A stretch of 64,000 nucleotides of DNA from Bdellovibrionales bacterium (GTDB taxonomy: Bacteria; Bdellovibrionota; Bdellovibrionia; Bdellovibrionales; JAUICD01): contig OZ241914.1 in NCBI GenBank assembly GCA_965203875.1, positions 269,209 to 333,208 of the forward strand, in the 5' to 3' direction. The notes below the pieces were generated by a model, which had not been told where the DNA came from, did no database searches, and saw only the letters and a list, made by a program, of their open reading frames with translations. Positions 19,842 to 30,775 of the stretch are shown piece by piece. Position 1 is the stretch's first letter. Each line of letters starts with the position of its first letter. A program made the translations under genes and the position numbers.

Positions 19842-20327
19842 ATGAGTCCATTAAAAAATATAAAAGCAGTAATATTTGATGTAGATGGTACTATGACTGA
19901 TGGGACAATATGGCTGGACAAAGATAATGAATATAAGAGAAGTTTTTATGTGCAAGATGGAGAGGGGATAAAACAATTAATTAATGCAGGTTATACAACT
20001 GGAGTAATAACGGCTGCTGATTCAAATGACATAGATCATAGAATTAAATTTTTAAACATACAGCACTTTTATAAAAAATCTCTGGATAAGCTAAAAGACT
20101 TTTTAAATTTTTTGGAAAAAACAAAATATAAATCAAATGAAGTTTGTTACATAGGGGATGATCTAGCAGATATACCAGTACTAAATAAATGTGGATTTTC
20201 AGTTTGCCCTAAGAACGCTATCAACAAAGTAAAAGAAGTGTCATGCTATATAACCAAAAGTCTAGGGGGAAAAGGTGCAGTTCGTGAATTGTGTGATATT
20301 TTATTAAAATATGGGTATTATAAGTAA
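19842..20327 (+). CDS. kdsC: KDO 8-phosphate phosphatase (HAD family)
   Basis: FDVDGTMTDG, YIGDDLAD and GGKGAVRE motifs. Confidence 0.92.
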   Translation: MSPLKNIKAVIFDVDGTMTDGTIWLDKDNEYKRSFYVQDGEGIKQLINAGYTTGVITAADSNDIDHRIKFLNIQHFYKKSLDKLKDFLNFLEKTKYKSNEVCYIGDDLADIPVLNKCGFSVCPKNAINKVKEVSCYITKSLGGKGAVRELCDILLKYGYYK

Positions 20328-20343
20328 TCCAAAGATAGGTGAA

Positions 20344-21066
20344 ATGATGATAAGAATTCTATTTATACTAATATTGATCTCTCAGACTAGCGTTGCAGAA
20401 ACAATTAAATTTTCTGAAGATGAACTTGCTCCTGAATCTGTGCTCCCAATTTTTCCCAGGTCAGTTTATGTTAAAAACAGAAATATTGTTAAAACCAATT
20501 CCTTAGAAATACAACCAGTTGCAGGCATCTCTATGAATAATCCATTTTTTGATGCGTTTACTTTAGGAGGTTCTTTAGGGTTTTATTTTTCAGAAGAACA
20601 CGGCATAAATCTTATGGTTAGCAAAATGTTCGATAAAAAATCGAAGTATGCAGTAGCTTTGGAACAATATCAAGAAGGTGGGACGGTTAAACCACAACAA
20701 AAATTTGATGTTTTTCAAAGGCATGATATGGTTGCCCTGTTTAATTATGAGTACAGCCCTTTCTATGGAAAACTAAGTTTAGCTAAATGGATAAATCTTA
20801 ATACAGACATAGTGGCAACCTTAGGAGCAGGATATGTTTTTTTAAAGGATGCAGAATTTCCAGCAATATCTATAGGATTGGGACAAAGGTTTTATTTAGG
20901 AAAATCATTTGGATTTAGATTCAATATCTATTCTTTTTTCTATAAAGGAGTAGATTATCTAGCTAGAAAATATATAGAGCAAACAGGAAAGTTGGATAGC
21001 AATACAATAGATAAAGAACTCAAGTTAGATATTATATCTACAATGGGATTGATCGTATTGCTTTAG
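20344..21066 (+). CDS. Outer-membrane beta-barrel protein of the gliding cluster (GltA/GltB-like)
   Basis: Signal peptide, beta-strand pattern, YGKLS motif shared with the next gene; gliding-cluster context. Confidence 0.7.
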   Translation: MMIRILFILILISQTSVAETIKFSEDELAPESVLPIFPRSVYVKNRNIVKTNSLEIQPVAGISMNNPFFDAFTLGGSLGFYFSEEHGINLMVSKMFDKKSKYAVALEQYQEGGTVKPQQKFDVFQRHDMVALFNYEYSPFYGKLSLAKWINLNTDIVATLGAGYVFLKDAEFPAISIGLGQRFYLGKSFGFRFNIYSFFYKGVDYLARKYIEQTGKLDSNTIDKELKLDIISTMGLIVLL

Positions 21067-21178
21067 ACTAGTGTATGAAATTTAAAACTTATTGCTTTGG
21101 ACTAGTATTTAAATTTCATAAACTTATCTCATGATCAGGTCTTTTATTTAACAATAACTATAATAGAATTAAAATAGT

Positions 21179-22048
21179 ATGAAGAGTATACTGGTTGTAT
21201 TTCTATTAACTATTTCTGTCGAATCATTTGGTCAAACAGAAGAGGCTTTTTCCTTGGATGATGGATCAAACTCGGCAGATTCAATACAAGGATTAGATGA
21301 TGTATTAGAAGATTCTCCAGACGATACAGCATCTGATAATGAGTCTATAAGAAGCGAGCTTCCAGACTCTCCTTCTGACTTAGGCCAATTAATTCCTTAT
21401 AAAGATATAGCCGTAATACAAAGAAGGTACTTGTCTAAATCTAAAAGGGTAGAACTAACTCCGTTCATTGGATTGGTGGCAAATAATTCTTTTTACTTAA
21501 ATAATCCATTGGGTGCAAATATAAGTTATTACCTGTCAGACTATCTGAGCATCGAAGCTACCGCAGCTTATATACTTAAGTCTGATAGATCTGTAACTCG
21601 TAAACTTGCTTCAGACAAATGGATGGTGGGAATAGAAAGCGTAATGTTACCTAGATCATTTTATGATGTTGGTTTCAAGGTATCTCAGGCATATGGAAAA
21701 CTTGGATTTTTTAAAAATAAAATTGCTCCGTTTGATATGTACCTTGGATTAGGAGTAGGACAAACTTACACAAATCAAACTCTTGGAAATACTAAACCAA
21801 TGTCTTATCGAATAAACACAGGCCAAATATTTGCAATAAATAAAATGATGGCTTTTAAGTGGGATATATCTTGGAGGATTTATTATTACGATAATACAGG
21901 GCATATAAATAGAGGTAATCAAAATAATGTTGTTTCAGAAACAAGCGAAGAACAAACTTCTGCTCCTATCAAAATGAAAGGTTGGAATACCGACATATAT
22001 TTTACTTTAGGACTAAGTCTCTTTTTTCCAGATGCGGAGTATAGATAA
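21179..22048 (+). CDS. Outer-membrane beta-barrel protein of the gliding cluster (GltA/GltB-like)
   Basis: IAVIQRRYLSKSKRVE and YGKLGF..PFDMY motifs; paralog of the preceding gene. Confidence 0.75.
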   Translation: MKSILVVFLLTISVESFGQTEEAFSLDDGSNSADSIQGLDDVLEDSPDDTASDNESIRSELPDSPSDLGQLIPYKDIAVIQRRYLSKSKRVELTPFIGLVANNSFYLNNPLGANISYYLSDYLSIEATAAYILKSDRSVTRKLASDKWMVGIESVMLPRSFYDVGFKVSQAYGKLGFFKNKIAPFDMYLGLGVGQTYTNQTLGNTKPMSYRINTGQIFAINKMMAFKWDISWRIYYYDNTGHINRGNQNNVVSETSEEQTSAPIKMKGWNTDIYFTLGLSLFFPDAEYR

Positions 22049-23700
22049 TGAAACACCTAGTATTTATCCTGATATTTGCATTTATTCTGCCCTCTGCTGG
22101 ACAGGCCAACGTAGGGGGCTCTTTTTTGGAAGTAGCTCAAGCACAGGTGAAAAAATCCAAGAAAAGATCAGTTAGAACTAAAAGAAAAGCTAGAAAAACA
22201 AGATCCAACAGAAAGAGAGCAAGAAGATCTAAGTCACAAGCTGCACAAATAAGAAAACTAAATAGCATAGAAGCCATGATAGCCTCTGATAACAATCAAG
22301 GTGCACTTAAGGAATTATTCAAAATAAGAAGAAGTTTTAGGTTTAGATCCCATAGATCAAAAATTTATTATCTTATGGGTTTAGCGTTTTATAATCTTAA
22401 TTTTTACCAAACAGCTGCTTTTCAATTTGGAATGGCTGTGACTGGCTCTAGAGGACGCAACTTAGTAGAGAGCATAAATAAACTAGAACATATAAGCACA
22501 AATATTTTACATTCGAGTGCTATGCTAAACTACGCCTTAAGTAAAGTAGAACTGAGTACTTTTCCTAAAGAATACCAAAATAAATTAAGGGTAGTAATAT
22601 CGGAAGTTTATTTAACCAATAAACAATATGACAGTGTTATAAAAATATTAAGTAAAGTAGACAGAAATAGCGAAGAATACTTAAGAGCCAAATATATTCA
22701 AAGTTTGGCTTATGCAGAAATAAATAAACCCAAGCAAGCATATAAAGGGTTTTCTGAACTAGCTAACATTAGAAATAATCATGCTACGACTGATGTAATT
22801 AGGGTTAATGCAACTTTAGGCATGGCTAGAGCTGCTTACCAAGCCAAAGACTGGAAAGAGGCCATTAGAAAATATAAAATGATACCAAGGGACACTATCC
22901 AGTGGCACGACTCTATATTTGAACTAAGTTGGGCACAGATGCGGGCTGCTCAGTTCAGATCAGCACTTAGTAATTTTCACTCCCTACACTCGCCATATTA
23001 CAAGGAAATGTATCAACCTGAATCACTAATCTTAAGAGCTATAATATATCTCTATATCTGCAAGTATGACGAACTAGATAAAGTGTTAAAAGTGTTCAAA
23101 AACACATATTTTCCAATAAAAGAGAAGCTAGTTAGCTACACTGCTGGCAGTAAAAATCCGAAAGAGGTGTTTGATGATCTAGTTAGTGTTCAAAGGCAAT
23201 ACGAGGAAGGTGTGGAAATAGAACATATAGGCTCAAAATTACCAGTTGTTGGGGCTCTTTCCATTTTAAGAGATCCTAAGATAAAGAATTACTTAAAATA
23301 TGCCCAAATGCTTCAGGCAGAGAAAGTAGTTTTACAAAATGCGTCTTGGGCAAGCTCTGCTATGCAAAGGTATGTGTCTAATATGCTAAACAAAAGACTT
23401 GAAAATACAAAAAAAGCAGCCGGCAGAAGCATTATAAATACCCTGGGTTTGATGAGGTCTCATTTAATAGAGCTCTCAGATCAACAGTACGATTTTATTA
23501 GATATGAAATGTTAGGAGCACAAAAAAGTAAAGCTAATAAGACAACTGATGAAGGTAAAAAATCTAAACAAAGAATAGATGCCAAAATCAACAGAGGATT
23601 TTACGTCAGAAATGGCTATGAGTACTGGCCTTTTGGCGGTGAATATTGGTTAGACGAAATAGGGAACTATTACTTTTTAGGGGTGTCTAACTGTGAATAA
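22048..23700 (+). CDS. gltC: TPR protein, adventurous gliding GltC-like
   Basis: TPRs, FELSWAQM..ALSNFHSLHSPY and C-terminal YWPFGGEYWLDEIGNY. Confidence 0.75.
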   Translation: MKHLVFILIFAFILPSAGQANVGGSFLEVAQAQVKKSKKRSVRTKRKARKTRSNRKRARRSKSQAAQIRKLNSIEAMIASDNNQGALKELFKIRRSFRFRSHRSKIYYLMGLAFYNLNFYQTAAFQFGMAVTGSRGRNLVESINKLEHISTNILHSSAMLNYALSKVELSTFPKEYQNKLRVVISEVYLTNKQYDSVIKILSKVDRNSEEYLRAKYIQSLAYAEINKPKQAYKGFSELANIRNNHATTDVIRVNATLGMARAAYQAKDWKEAIRKYKMIPRDTIQWHDSIFELSWAQMRAAQFRSALSNFHSLHSPYYKEMYQPESLILRAIIYLYICKYDELDKVLKVFKNTYFPIKEKLVSYTAGSKNPKEVFDDLVSVQRQYEEGVEIEHIGSKLPVVGALSILRDPKIKNYLKYAQMLQAEKVVLQNASWASSAMQRYVSNMLNKRLENTKKAAGRSIINTLGLMRSHLIELSDQQYDFIRYEMLGAQKSKANKTTDEGKKSKQRIDAKINRGFYVRNGYEYWPFGGEYWLDEIGNYYFLGVSNCE

Positions 23701-26700
23701 AACCACCATCTTTATTTTAGCATTAATAACTTTCTTGCAAGCAGAAGCCTTGGGAAGAAATTCTAAGACTGTTGAACAGTTACTTAGAAATGTGAACAAA
23801 AAAAGTATAGAGAAAAAGGCAACGGTTATTAGAGCCGGCAAGGTAGAAGAAAAAAAGATCAAAAGATCACAACCTAAAAACATCATGCCTAAATCTGAAG
23901 ACTTTAGGATAAACACCACAGGTGAAGATGCTGTATCTGAACAATTTTTGAATGAACAAATAAGAATTATGTCGGGTTTAGTTAAAAAGCACAAAAGTGC
24001 TAGCACTAGAGGCGAACTATGGCTTAGGTTAGCTGAACTGTATATACAAAAGGCTAGTTACCTAGACAAAGCCATACAGACTAAATTTGATAATGAGCTG
24101 GCCAAGTGGGAAGCTAGAAATAGAACTGGTAAAAGGCCTGTTTTAAATACTTCTTCTGTGAATGAATACAGCATTAGATCTATAAAACTGTGTGAAGCTT
24201 TTCTGACTCAATTTCCTAAAGATTCTAAAGTTGACAGAGTGCTATACTTTTTAGGTCTAAATTATATGGAATTAGGAAAAAGTAAACAGGCGATTAAACA
24301 TTTTAATCAACTGAAGGCCAAATACAAAAACAGTGAGTATATAGGCCTTGCTAGTTTTGTTTTGGCCACACACTACTTTGACACCAGACAATGGACACAA
24401 GCTAAACAGAACTATCTGGCGGTGATAAAAAATAAATACATTGCAAAACCTATAAAACAAAATCTTGTTCCAAATGCACTTTATAAATACGCATGGTCCG
24501 ATCTTCAACTAGACAACCCGGACAGGGCCTTGGTGAATCTTGAAAAGATATATAGACTATCAAAATCTAAAAACTCACTGGAAGGCTATAAAAGATTAAA
24601 AAAACCTGTGTTATTTGACATAGTGCAGATCTATAGCAGAACAAAAAAATCAGCAAGTTCGGCAGAAAGGTATCTAACAAACACATTAGGTTTATCTGAA
24701 AAGAACATTTCAAAATATTTAAAGGCAATAGCATATCAATACAGTGATAATGGAAATCTATCTTCTGCAAGGCTGTTATTTAAAAGATTGATACAAATAA
24801 AACCTAACTCTAAAGAAGCATTGGATTATCAAGAGGAAATTGTCAAAATGTATAGACATGCTGATAATAAAATATTCTTAGCCGAGTTGAACATATACAT
24901 AACAAGATTTGCTAAAGGATCTGATTGGTATAAAGCAAATGTGCAGAATCAAGAACTAATAAATGAGTCTGCTAAAACCAGAGAAATACTTCTTAGAAAT
25001 TATATATTGAACAACCATCAGTTGTATCAAAAAAGCAGAACTAAGGCTAGTAAAAACAGAATCTTAGGCGCATATCCTATCTATCTGAGAGAATTTTCAA
25101 ATAGTAAAGAAGCTTCAACTATGCATTTTTACTATGCAGAACTTATGTATGATTTAAAAAATTATGACAAAGCAATGAAGCATTATATGATTGTTGCTGA
25201 TGGAGATACAAAAAGTAAACATTACGATACAGCTTTGCTTAACGCATTACTTGCAGCAGATGAAACTATTAAGAAAGTTAAGACCAGTAAGAGAACTAAT
25301 TCTATAGAGAAAATTCCATATACCCAAGCAGAAAGTAACTTTGTCAAACTTGCTAAAAAATATGTGGCAACTATAAAAAATGATAAAAACAGTGCCAGCA
25401 TCCATATGAAACTTGCTAGATTATACTATCTAAAAAATAATTTTGACGAAGCTTTGGTAAATTTCTGGGATATAATTAAGAAATTTCCAAAGAGTAAACA
25501 AGCTACTTATTCAGCCAACCTGATATTAGATGTTTATAATTTGAAAAAAGACTATCAAGGCTTAGCCGAAGCTGGTAAGAAGTTATTAAAATATGAAACC
25601 CTTATAGCTAGTGCAGAAGGCGGTAAAAGTGAAATCAAAAACATTAAAAACATTGTCAATAATGCTAGACTTAAGAATGTTCAAGATATTGAAAAGAAAG
25701 GAGATCATTTACTAGCAGCCAGAGAATACATAAAGTTTGCAAAACAAAGTAATGACCTAGATTTAAAAAATAAAGTAACATTCAATGCTGCTATAAACTT
25801 TGAGAAAGCAAATGCTGCTCTAAAAGCTATAGATCAATACGAAGCTTACCTAAAAATAAATAGAGATACCAGTGATGAAACGGTCAAAAAAGCTAATAGG
25901 CTACTAGCAAATCTATATGAGCAAACAGGAAATTTGCAAAAGGCAGCTGTAGAATTTGAAAAGTATGCAAAAAGCTACCCTTCTGATCAATATGCAGATG
26001 AATCTATTTTAAATTCAGCAAGAATTTTTAGAGGTTTCAAACAGTATCAAAAAGCTCTTAATAACTTTAGAACATATCGCAATAAAGTAACATCAAAAGC
26101 CAAAAAAGATAAGATCCTCTTTGAAATAGCAGAGACTAAAGAAGAGATGAGAAACAGATCGCAAGCGTATACAGATTATTCAAATTATGTTACTTCTAAT
26201 CCTTCAGATGGACATATGCTGATGTCTTCTCTTCTAAAATTGTTTAGAATGGCTCAGAAATTTAGAAAGAATGACATTGTCAAATGGCGTGATAAAATAA
26301 TAGGAACGCAAAAAGCTCTTAGTAATATTGGTATGCCTGAAGCAGCTGAGGCAAGGTTTCATAAAGCAAAGCAGTTATATTCAACATTTGCAAAATCCAA
26401 AATATCACACAACCCTGCTAAGCAAGCAGCTACTATTGTGTCAAAACAAAAGTTGTTAGACAAGTTGGCTGCAGAGCTATCTGCAATCATAAAATATGAT
26501 GATGGTCACCATGTGGTGCGATCAGTTGCTATGATTGCAGAAGCAAATGAAGATTTTATTAAAGCAATAGAAGCAGTCCCTGTTCCAAAAGTTCTTAAAA
26601 CAAAACAACAAATTGCTGAATATAAGCAAGGTATAGAACAACAATTACTATCTCCACGTAGAAAAATAGTAATGGAAAATTATAAACTAGCAATAGATAA

Positions 26701-27511
26701 AGCATTTGAGCTCCATGCCTATAATGAAAGTGTAACCAGATCCTTTAAAAGGCTGGCTAAATTAGAACCAAACCAATATTCTTTTATGTCGGAAAAAGTT
26801 ATGCCAGTAGAAAAACTGGACACTTACGGTTTAAACAAAAAAAAGAATAGGGAAAAATATAAAGGTTTGCTAGCTTCGCTAAAGGCAAGAGATCTCAAAT
26901 TAGCAATAAAAGAAGCAGCCAAAATTTTGGCAAAAAATCCTAAGGATGCAGTAGTTTATAACACGCTTGCGGTCATAGCTTTAAACAAAGGTAATAATTA
27001 CCTGGCAGCACTTTATCTAGGTAAAATCCATAAGTCTAGAGGAATTCCTAGCACTACTAAAAAGAATAATATGGCTATGGTGCTGCTAAAAAAAGGAGGC
27101 GCTAATAGATCATTTTCTGAATTTTATGGTTCCGCTTTAAAAAATGAAAATGTAGTAGCTAGTGCAAATGCAGGAACTATTCTTTTAAAATATCAAAATT
27201 TTAAAGATGCCTTGCCATATTTAGCTAAGGCAGCCAGAACATACTCAAAGGATGTAGCAGTACTAAATAACTACGCCATTGCACTTAAATATTCTGGCAG
27301 AACTAGAAAATCGGCAAATGTGTATAAAAAGGCATTAAAATTGGCCTCTTCTAAAAAAGCTGGGTGGATCAAATTAAATTATGCAAGATTAATGCAAAAT
27401 ACCGATAAAAATAAAGCAATTGCTAAAAAAACTTTAAATGAGATTACTTTTAATGAAAGCGACACAAAACTTATTTCCGAGGCTAAAGTACTGTTAAGGC
27501 AAATGAATTAG
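23693..27511 (+). CDS. Large TPR protein, GltD/AgmU-like, possibly with a fused GltE/AglT-like C-terminus
   Basis: 1272 aa with many TPRs (LWLRLAELY, VLYFLG, LYKYAWS); gliding-cluster position. Confidence 0.75.
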   Translation: MNKTTIFILALITFLQAEALGRNSKTVEQLLRNVNKKSIEKKATVIRAGKVEEKKIKRSQPKNIMPKSEDFRINTTGEDAVSEQFLNEQIRIMSGLVKKHKSASTRGELWLRLAELYIQKASYLDKAIQTKFDNELAKWEARNRTGKRPVLNTSSVNEYSIRSIKLCEAFLTQFPKDSKVDRVLYFLGLNYMELGKSKQAIKHFNQLKAKYKNSEYIGLASFVLATHYFDTRQWTQAKQNYLAVIKNKYIAKPIKQNLVPNALYKYAWSDLQLDNPDRALVNLEKIYRLSKSKNSLEGYKRLKKPVLFDIVQIYSRTKKSASSAERYLTNTLGLSEKNISKYLKAIAYQYSDNGNLSSARLLFKRLIQIKPNSKEALDYQEEIVKMYRHADNKIFLAELNIYITRFAKGSDWYKANVQNQELINESAKTREILLRNYILNNHQLYQKSRTKASKNRILGAYPIYLREFSNSKEASTMHFYYAELMYDLKNYDKAMKHYMIVADGDTKSKHYDTALLNALLAADETIKKVKTSKRTNSIEKIPYTQAESNFVKLAKKYVATIKNDKNSASIHMKLARLYYLKNNFDEALVNFWDIIKKFPKSKQATYSANLILDVYNLKKDYQGLAEAGKKLLKYETLIASAEGGKSEIKNIKNIVNNARLKNVQDIEKKGDHLLAAREYIKFAKQSNDLDLKNKVTFNAAINFEKANAALKAIDQYEAYLKINRDTSDETVKKANRLLANLYEQTGNLQKAAVEFEKYAKSYPSDQYADESILNSARIFRGFKQYQKALNNFRTYRNKVTSKAKKDKILFEIAETKEEMRNRSQAYTDYSNYVTSNPSDGHMLMSSLLKLFRMAQKFRKNDIVKWRDKIIGTQKALSNIGMPEAAEARFHKAKQLYSTFAKSKISHNPAKQAATIVSKQKLLDKLAAELSAIIKYDDGHHVVRSVAMIAEANEDFIKAIEAVPVPKVLKTKQQIAEYKQGIEQQLLSPRRKIVMENYKLAIDKAFELHAYNESVTRSFKRLAKLEPNQYSFMSEKVMPVEKLDTYGLNKKKNREKYKGLLASLKARDLKLAIKEAAKILAKNPKDAVVYNTLAVIALNKGNNYLAALYLGKIHKSRGIPSTTKKNNMAMVLLKKGGANRSFSEFYGSALKNENVVASANAGTILLKYQNFKDALPYLAKAARTYSKDVAVLNNYAIALKYSGRTRKSANVYKKALKLASSKKAGWIKLNYARLMQNTDKNKAIAKKTLNEITFNESDTKLISEAKVLLRQMN

Positions 27512-27519
27512 GAAGTGAT

Positions 27520-27771
27520 ATGACTAGATTTTTAATTTTTGTTTTTATAATTTTATTTTCTTTTAATTCTCATGCTCAGAAGAAAAGGAATAAAAGAACA
27601 ACTATAAACTTTGAAGATCAGTTGATCGAGGGCAGTGCTCAAAGCCCTGATCTATTTTTCCTAATGCAAAAAGGAAAATTTGACTTCAAAAAACTTATTA
27701 AACTTAGAGAGAATTTCTTGCCTGAGATGAGAAGATCCACGGAAGAAATAGTAATTAAACGAGGAGAATAG
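27520..27771 (+). CDS. Small exported gliding protein CglF/GltF-like
   Basis: Signal peptide then TTINFEDQLIEG..PD..LIKLRENF. Confidence 0.7.
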   Translation: MTRFLIFVFIILFSFNSHAQKKRNKRTTINFEDQLIEGSAQSPDLFFLMQKGKFDFKKLIKLRENFLPEMRRSTEEIVIKRGE

Positions 27772-27775
27772 TTAA

Positions 27776-30082
27776 GTGAAGCTGGTTTTTATTAGAGTAT
27801 ATAAGGAAGATAAATTATTGTTTGTTAAACAATATCCGTCAACTGACTATATCCTTATAGGGAGTGATCCAGAAGCGTCTCTTAAACTTGATTCTGATAG
27901 TGTTTCATTAGCACATGCAATGATCGAACTTAGAGAAGAAGAATTTTTTATATCTGACTTAGGTGCAGAACAAGGGGTACTTGTAAACGACATCAAAACC
28001 GTAGATCAAGCTATTAAATATGGAGATAATATTCAAGTTGGAGAATTTAGATTGGAATTTTTTGATAAAATTCCAAGGGTAAATAAAGCACCAACTAAAA
28101 AACCTGCTAAAATAAGTGCTCCGGCAAAGACAGCATCTAATGTAGTAGAGACAGATGCAGTAGAAACAGATAATGTTGAATCTGAACAAAAAAAAGCTAA
28201 ACCTAAAAAACCTAAGTCTTTACCTAAGGTTCCTAAAACTCCTAAAGCTCCTCCAAAACTTAAAACCACAGCAGTTAAGCTAAAAAAACCTGTCGCTAGT
28301 CCTGGTAAAGTTAAACCTAGCATAAAACCTCCGCCACCTCCCTCTGCTTTGAATGCAGAACAAACTACAAAAGACTCTACAAAACCTTCTTTAAAAGATA
28401 GAATTAAAGAGAAAACTAAAAAACTAAGAACAAAACCAGCAGCGGCCATAAAAAAGATTATACCTCCTAAGGTAGAAGAATTTCATACTGCTGAAATTAC
28501 CCCAGATGAACAAGTCACTGAAATATCCAAAAATTCTAAAGTAGCGGAAACTCCTGCCAAACCAAGTGTCCCTCCAGCCAAAGTATCAAAGAGTTTTGAT
28601 AATGAAGGTGATAAAATCAATATTAACAACATAAAACCTGGCAAAGGATCCGTTGTTGAGGTGTTAGTAGCATGGGGTAATAGAATAATAGATTCTAATC
28701 ACTTTACTAAAAAATCGGTGACCATAGGATCGAGACAAGGCAATGATATTTTACTTCCTTATGTCGTGGGTGCTGATCATGAGTTATTGAGTATATCACC
28801 TACTCAAACTAAAGTTTTTGTACCTAATGGTATGAATGCATCTGTAATTACTGCTACTAAAAAGTTGAGCTTAGAGCAAATAGAAAAGTCAGGGGGAACA
28901 CTTACTAGTGCAGGTGGTCTGTATGTGATTTTAAAACAAACAGAGATGGTTAAAGTAGAGCTGAGTGATAATATATCATTACTTGTTAGATATGTACCTC
29001 CTACAATTAGACCGTTGATGCTTCCACTGACAGGCCTTTCTGTTCAAGAGCTTACCAATGTGATACTAACAATAGGACTTTCGATTTTGATGTCGTTGTT
29101 TTTTGTTATGTCGGATCAAAAAAATGTAGCAGCAAAAGAAAAAGATCTAGAAGATAAAAAAGAAAGAAAAGCTCTGTTTGTATATAAACCGCCTCCTAGA
29201 CCGCAGACAAGGATTAAGCCACCTCCACCTCCTCCACCTACGACAGTAAAAGTTGTTAAAGTAAAGGAGCAGACTAGAAAACGAAAAATAAAGGCCCCTG
29301 TTAAAAGAAAAGTGGTCAAAAGAGCTGCTAAAAAAGGTAAAGCTAGTGACGCTCCTAGAACAAAAAGCAAATCCAACAAAAAAGTACTAACTGCAAAAAA
29401 TCCAGGTACAGGCAAAGGTATAAGTCGTGGTACAAGTCCCAAAAAAGCTCCAATAGATACACAAAAAGTTGGTCTGTTAGGGTTATTTGCTAAGGGAGGA
29501 ACTCAGAAAAGTTTAAGAAATGCCACTGATGGTTCAGGTGTATCCGCCGCTGCAAAAGGTGCTACAGGCATTGGTTCTAAGAAAGCTGCTGGTTCGGGTA
29601 CAGTTGTTGGTAGTGGATTAAATCAGGTAGGTAAAAGCGGTAAAGGAGAAAGTACGTTTGGAATTGCAGGTGTTAAAACCAGAGGAAGAGGAAGCGGAAA
29701 CAGCGGATATGGAAGCGGAGGAAATCTTGGAGGTAGAGGAGGCACCAACATAGAAGCAGGTGGTGCAGAAGAAGCCTTCGAAGGATCTATTGATAGAGAA
29801 GCAATAAAAAGAGTCGTGCAAAGACATCTAAATCAACTCAGAACTTGTTACAAAAGAGCATTGGATAAGAGGCCAACTGCTCAAGGAAAAGTTGTAATTA
29901 ACTGGACAATTTTATCTGGAGGTAAAGTTGGAAGAGCTAGAACAGTTAGCAACGAAATGAACGATTCAGCTATGTCACGCTGTATGGTATCAAGGTTGCG
30001 TTCATGGCGGTTCCCATCTCCACCAGATGGTCAAGTTGGAGATATTACTTATCCGTTTGTGTTTACACCAGCATCTAACTAA
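27776..30082 (+). CDS. FHA domain plus TM plus TonB-like C-terminal protein (GltG/AgmX/PglI family)
   Basis: N-terminal FHA (VSLAHAMIE..ISDLG..G), Pro/Lys-rich linker, TM, Gly-rich region, C-terminal IKRVV..LRTCY..W.FP..YPFVF. Confidence 0.85.
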   Translation: MKLVFIRVYKEDKLLFVKQYPSTDYILIGSDPEASLKLDSDSVSLAHAMIELREEEFFISDLGAEQGVLVNDIKTVDQAIKYGDNIQVGEFRLEFFDKIPRVNKAPTKKPAKISAPAKTASNVVETDAVETDNVESEQKKAKPKKPKSLPKVPKTPKAPPKLKTTAVKLKKPVASPGKVKPSIKPPPPPSALNAEQTTKDSTKPSLKDRIKEKTKKLRTKPAAAIKKIIPPKVEEFHTAEITPDEQVTEISKNSKVAETPAKPSVPPAKVSKSFDNEGDKININNIKPGKGSVVEVLVAWGNRIIDSNHFTKKSVTIGSRQGNDILLPYVVGADHELLSISPTQTKVFVPNGMNASVITATKKLSLEQIEKSGGTLTSAGGLYVILKQTEMVKVELSDNISLLVRYVPPTIRPLMLPLTGLSVQELTNVILTIGLSILMSLFFVMSDQKNVAAKEKDLEDKKERKALFVYKPPPRPQTRIKPPPPPPPTTVKVVKVKEQTRKRKIKAPVKRKVVKRAAKKGKASDAPRTKSKSNKKVLTAKNPGTGKGISRGTSPKKAPIDTQKVGLLGLFAKGGTQKSLRNATDGSGVSAAAKGATGIGSKKAAGSGTVVGSGLNQVGKSGKGESTFGIAGVKTRGRGSGNSGYGSGGNLGGRGGTNIEAGGAEEAFEGSIDREAIKRVVQRHLNQLRTCYKRALDKRPTAQGKVVINWTILSGGKVGRARTVSNEMNDSAMSRCMVSRLRSWRFPSPPDGQVGDITYPFVFTPASN

Positions 30083-30094
30083 AAGGAGGATATT

Positions 30095-30775
30095 GTGGAA
30101 GAAGAAGTAATGCAGGAAGTGGTAGAGCGAAACTTTATAGCACAGGCATTTATAGATGGCGGAATACCAACAATGACCGCTATTGCTATAGTTGGTGTGC
30201 TAACCGCACTACTTATAGTAGAAAGATTTATGACGCTTAGTAAATTTGGAGTTGATAAGAGAAGCGTAACAGATGGAGTATTTAATGCGATACTTCGTGG
30301 GGACATAGCAACTGCTATTTCGTTTTGCGATTCAAAAATAACTCCGCTTACTGATACTCTTAAGGCTGGGCTTGTTCAGGTTATGAATAAAAGAAATGAC
30401 GAAGAAGTTCAGGTAGCTATGGATGCTGCTGTGTTAAGACATACTCCTAAAGTGGAAGGTTGGACAGGATTTTTGGCTGTCTTTGGTAACGTTGCAACTT
30501 TGGCAGGACTACTTGGAACAATCATAGGTTTGATAAAAGGTTTTGGAGCACTTGCAGAAGTTGATCCAGCAGAAAAAGCAAACATCCTATCTGCAGCAAT
30601 ATCTCACGCACTGAACTGTACAGCATTTGGTTTGATTGTGGCAATACCGGCTATTATTGGATATGGATTTTTCCAAGTTCGTGTTGGAAGACTTCTAAAT
30701 GATATGACCGAAAGCTCTATGAGTTTGATGAATGTAGTAGTTTCTAATAGAGATAAAATCTATAAAGGTAAGTAA
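30095..30775 (+). CDS. MotA/TolQ/ExbB proton channel (AglR-like)
   Basis: ATLAGLLGTIIGLI..F and ALNCTAFGLIVAIP motifs. Confidence 0.92.
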   Translation: MEEEVMQEVVERNFIAQAFIDGGIPTMTAIAIVGVLTALLIVERFMTLSKFGVDKRSVTDGVFNAILRGDIATAISFCDSKITPLTDTLKAGLVQVMNKRNDEEVQVAMDAAVLRHTPKVEGWTGFLAVFGNVATLAGLLGTIIGLIKGFGALAEVDPAEKANILSAAISHALNCTAFGLIVAIPAIIGYGFFQVRVGRLLNDMTESSMSLMNVVVSNRDKIYKGK

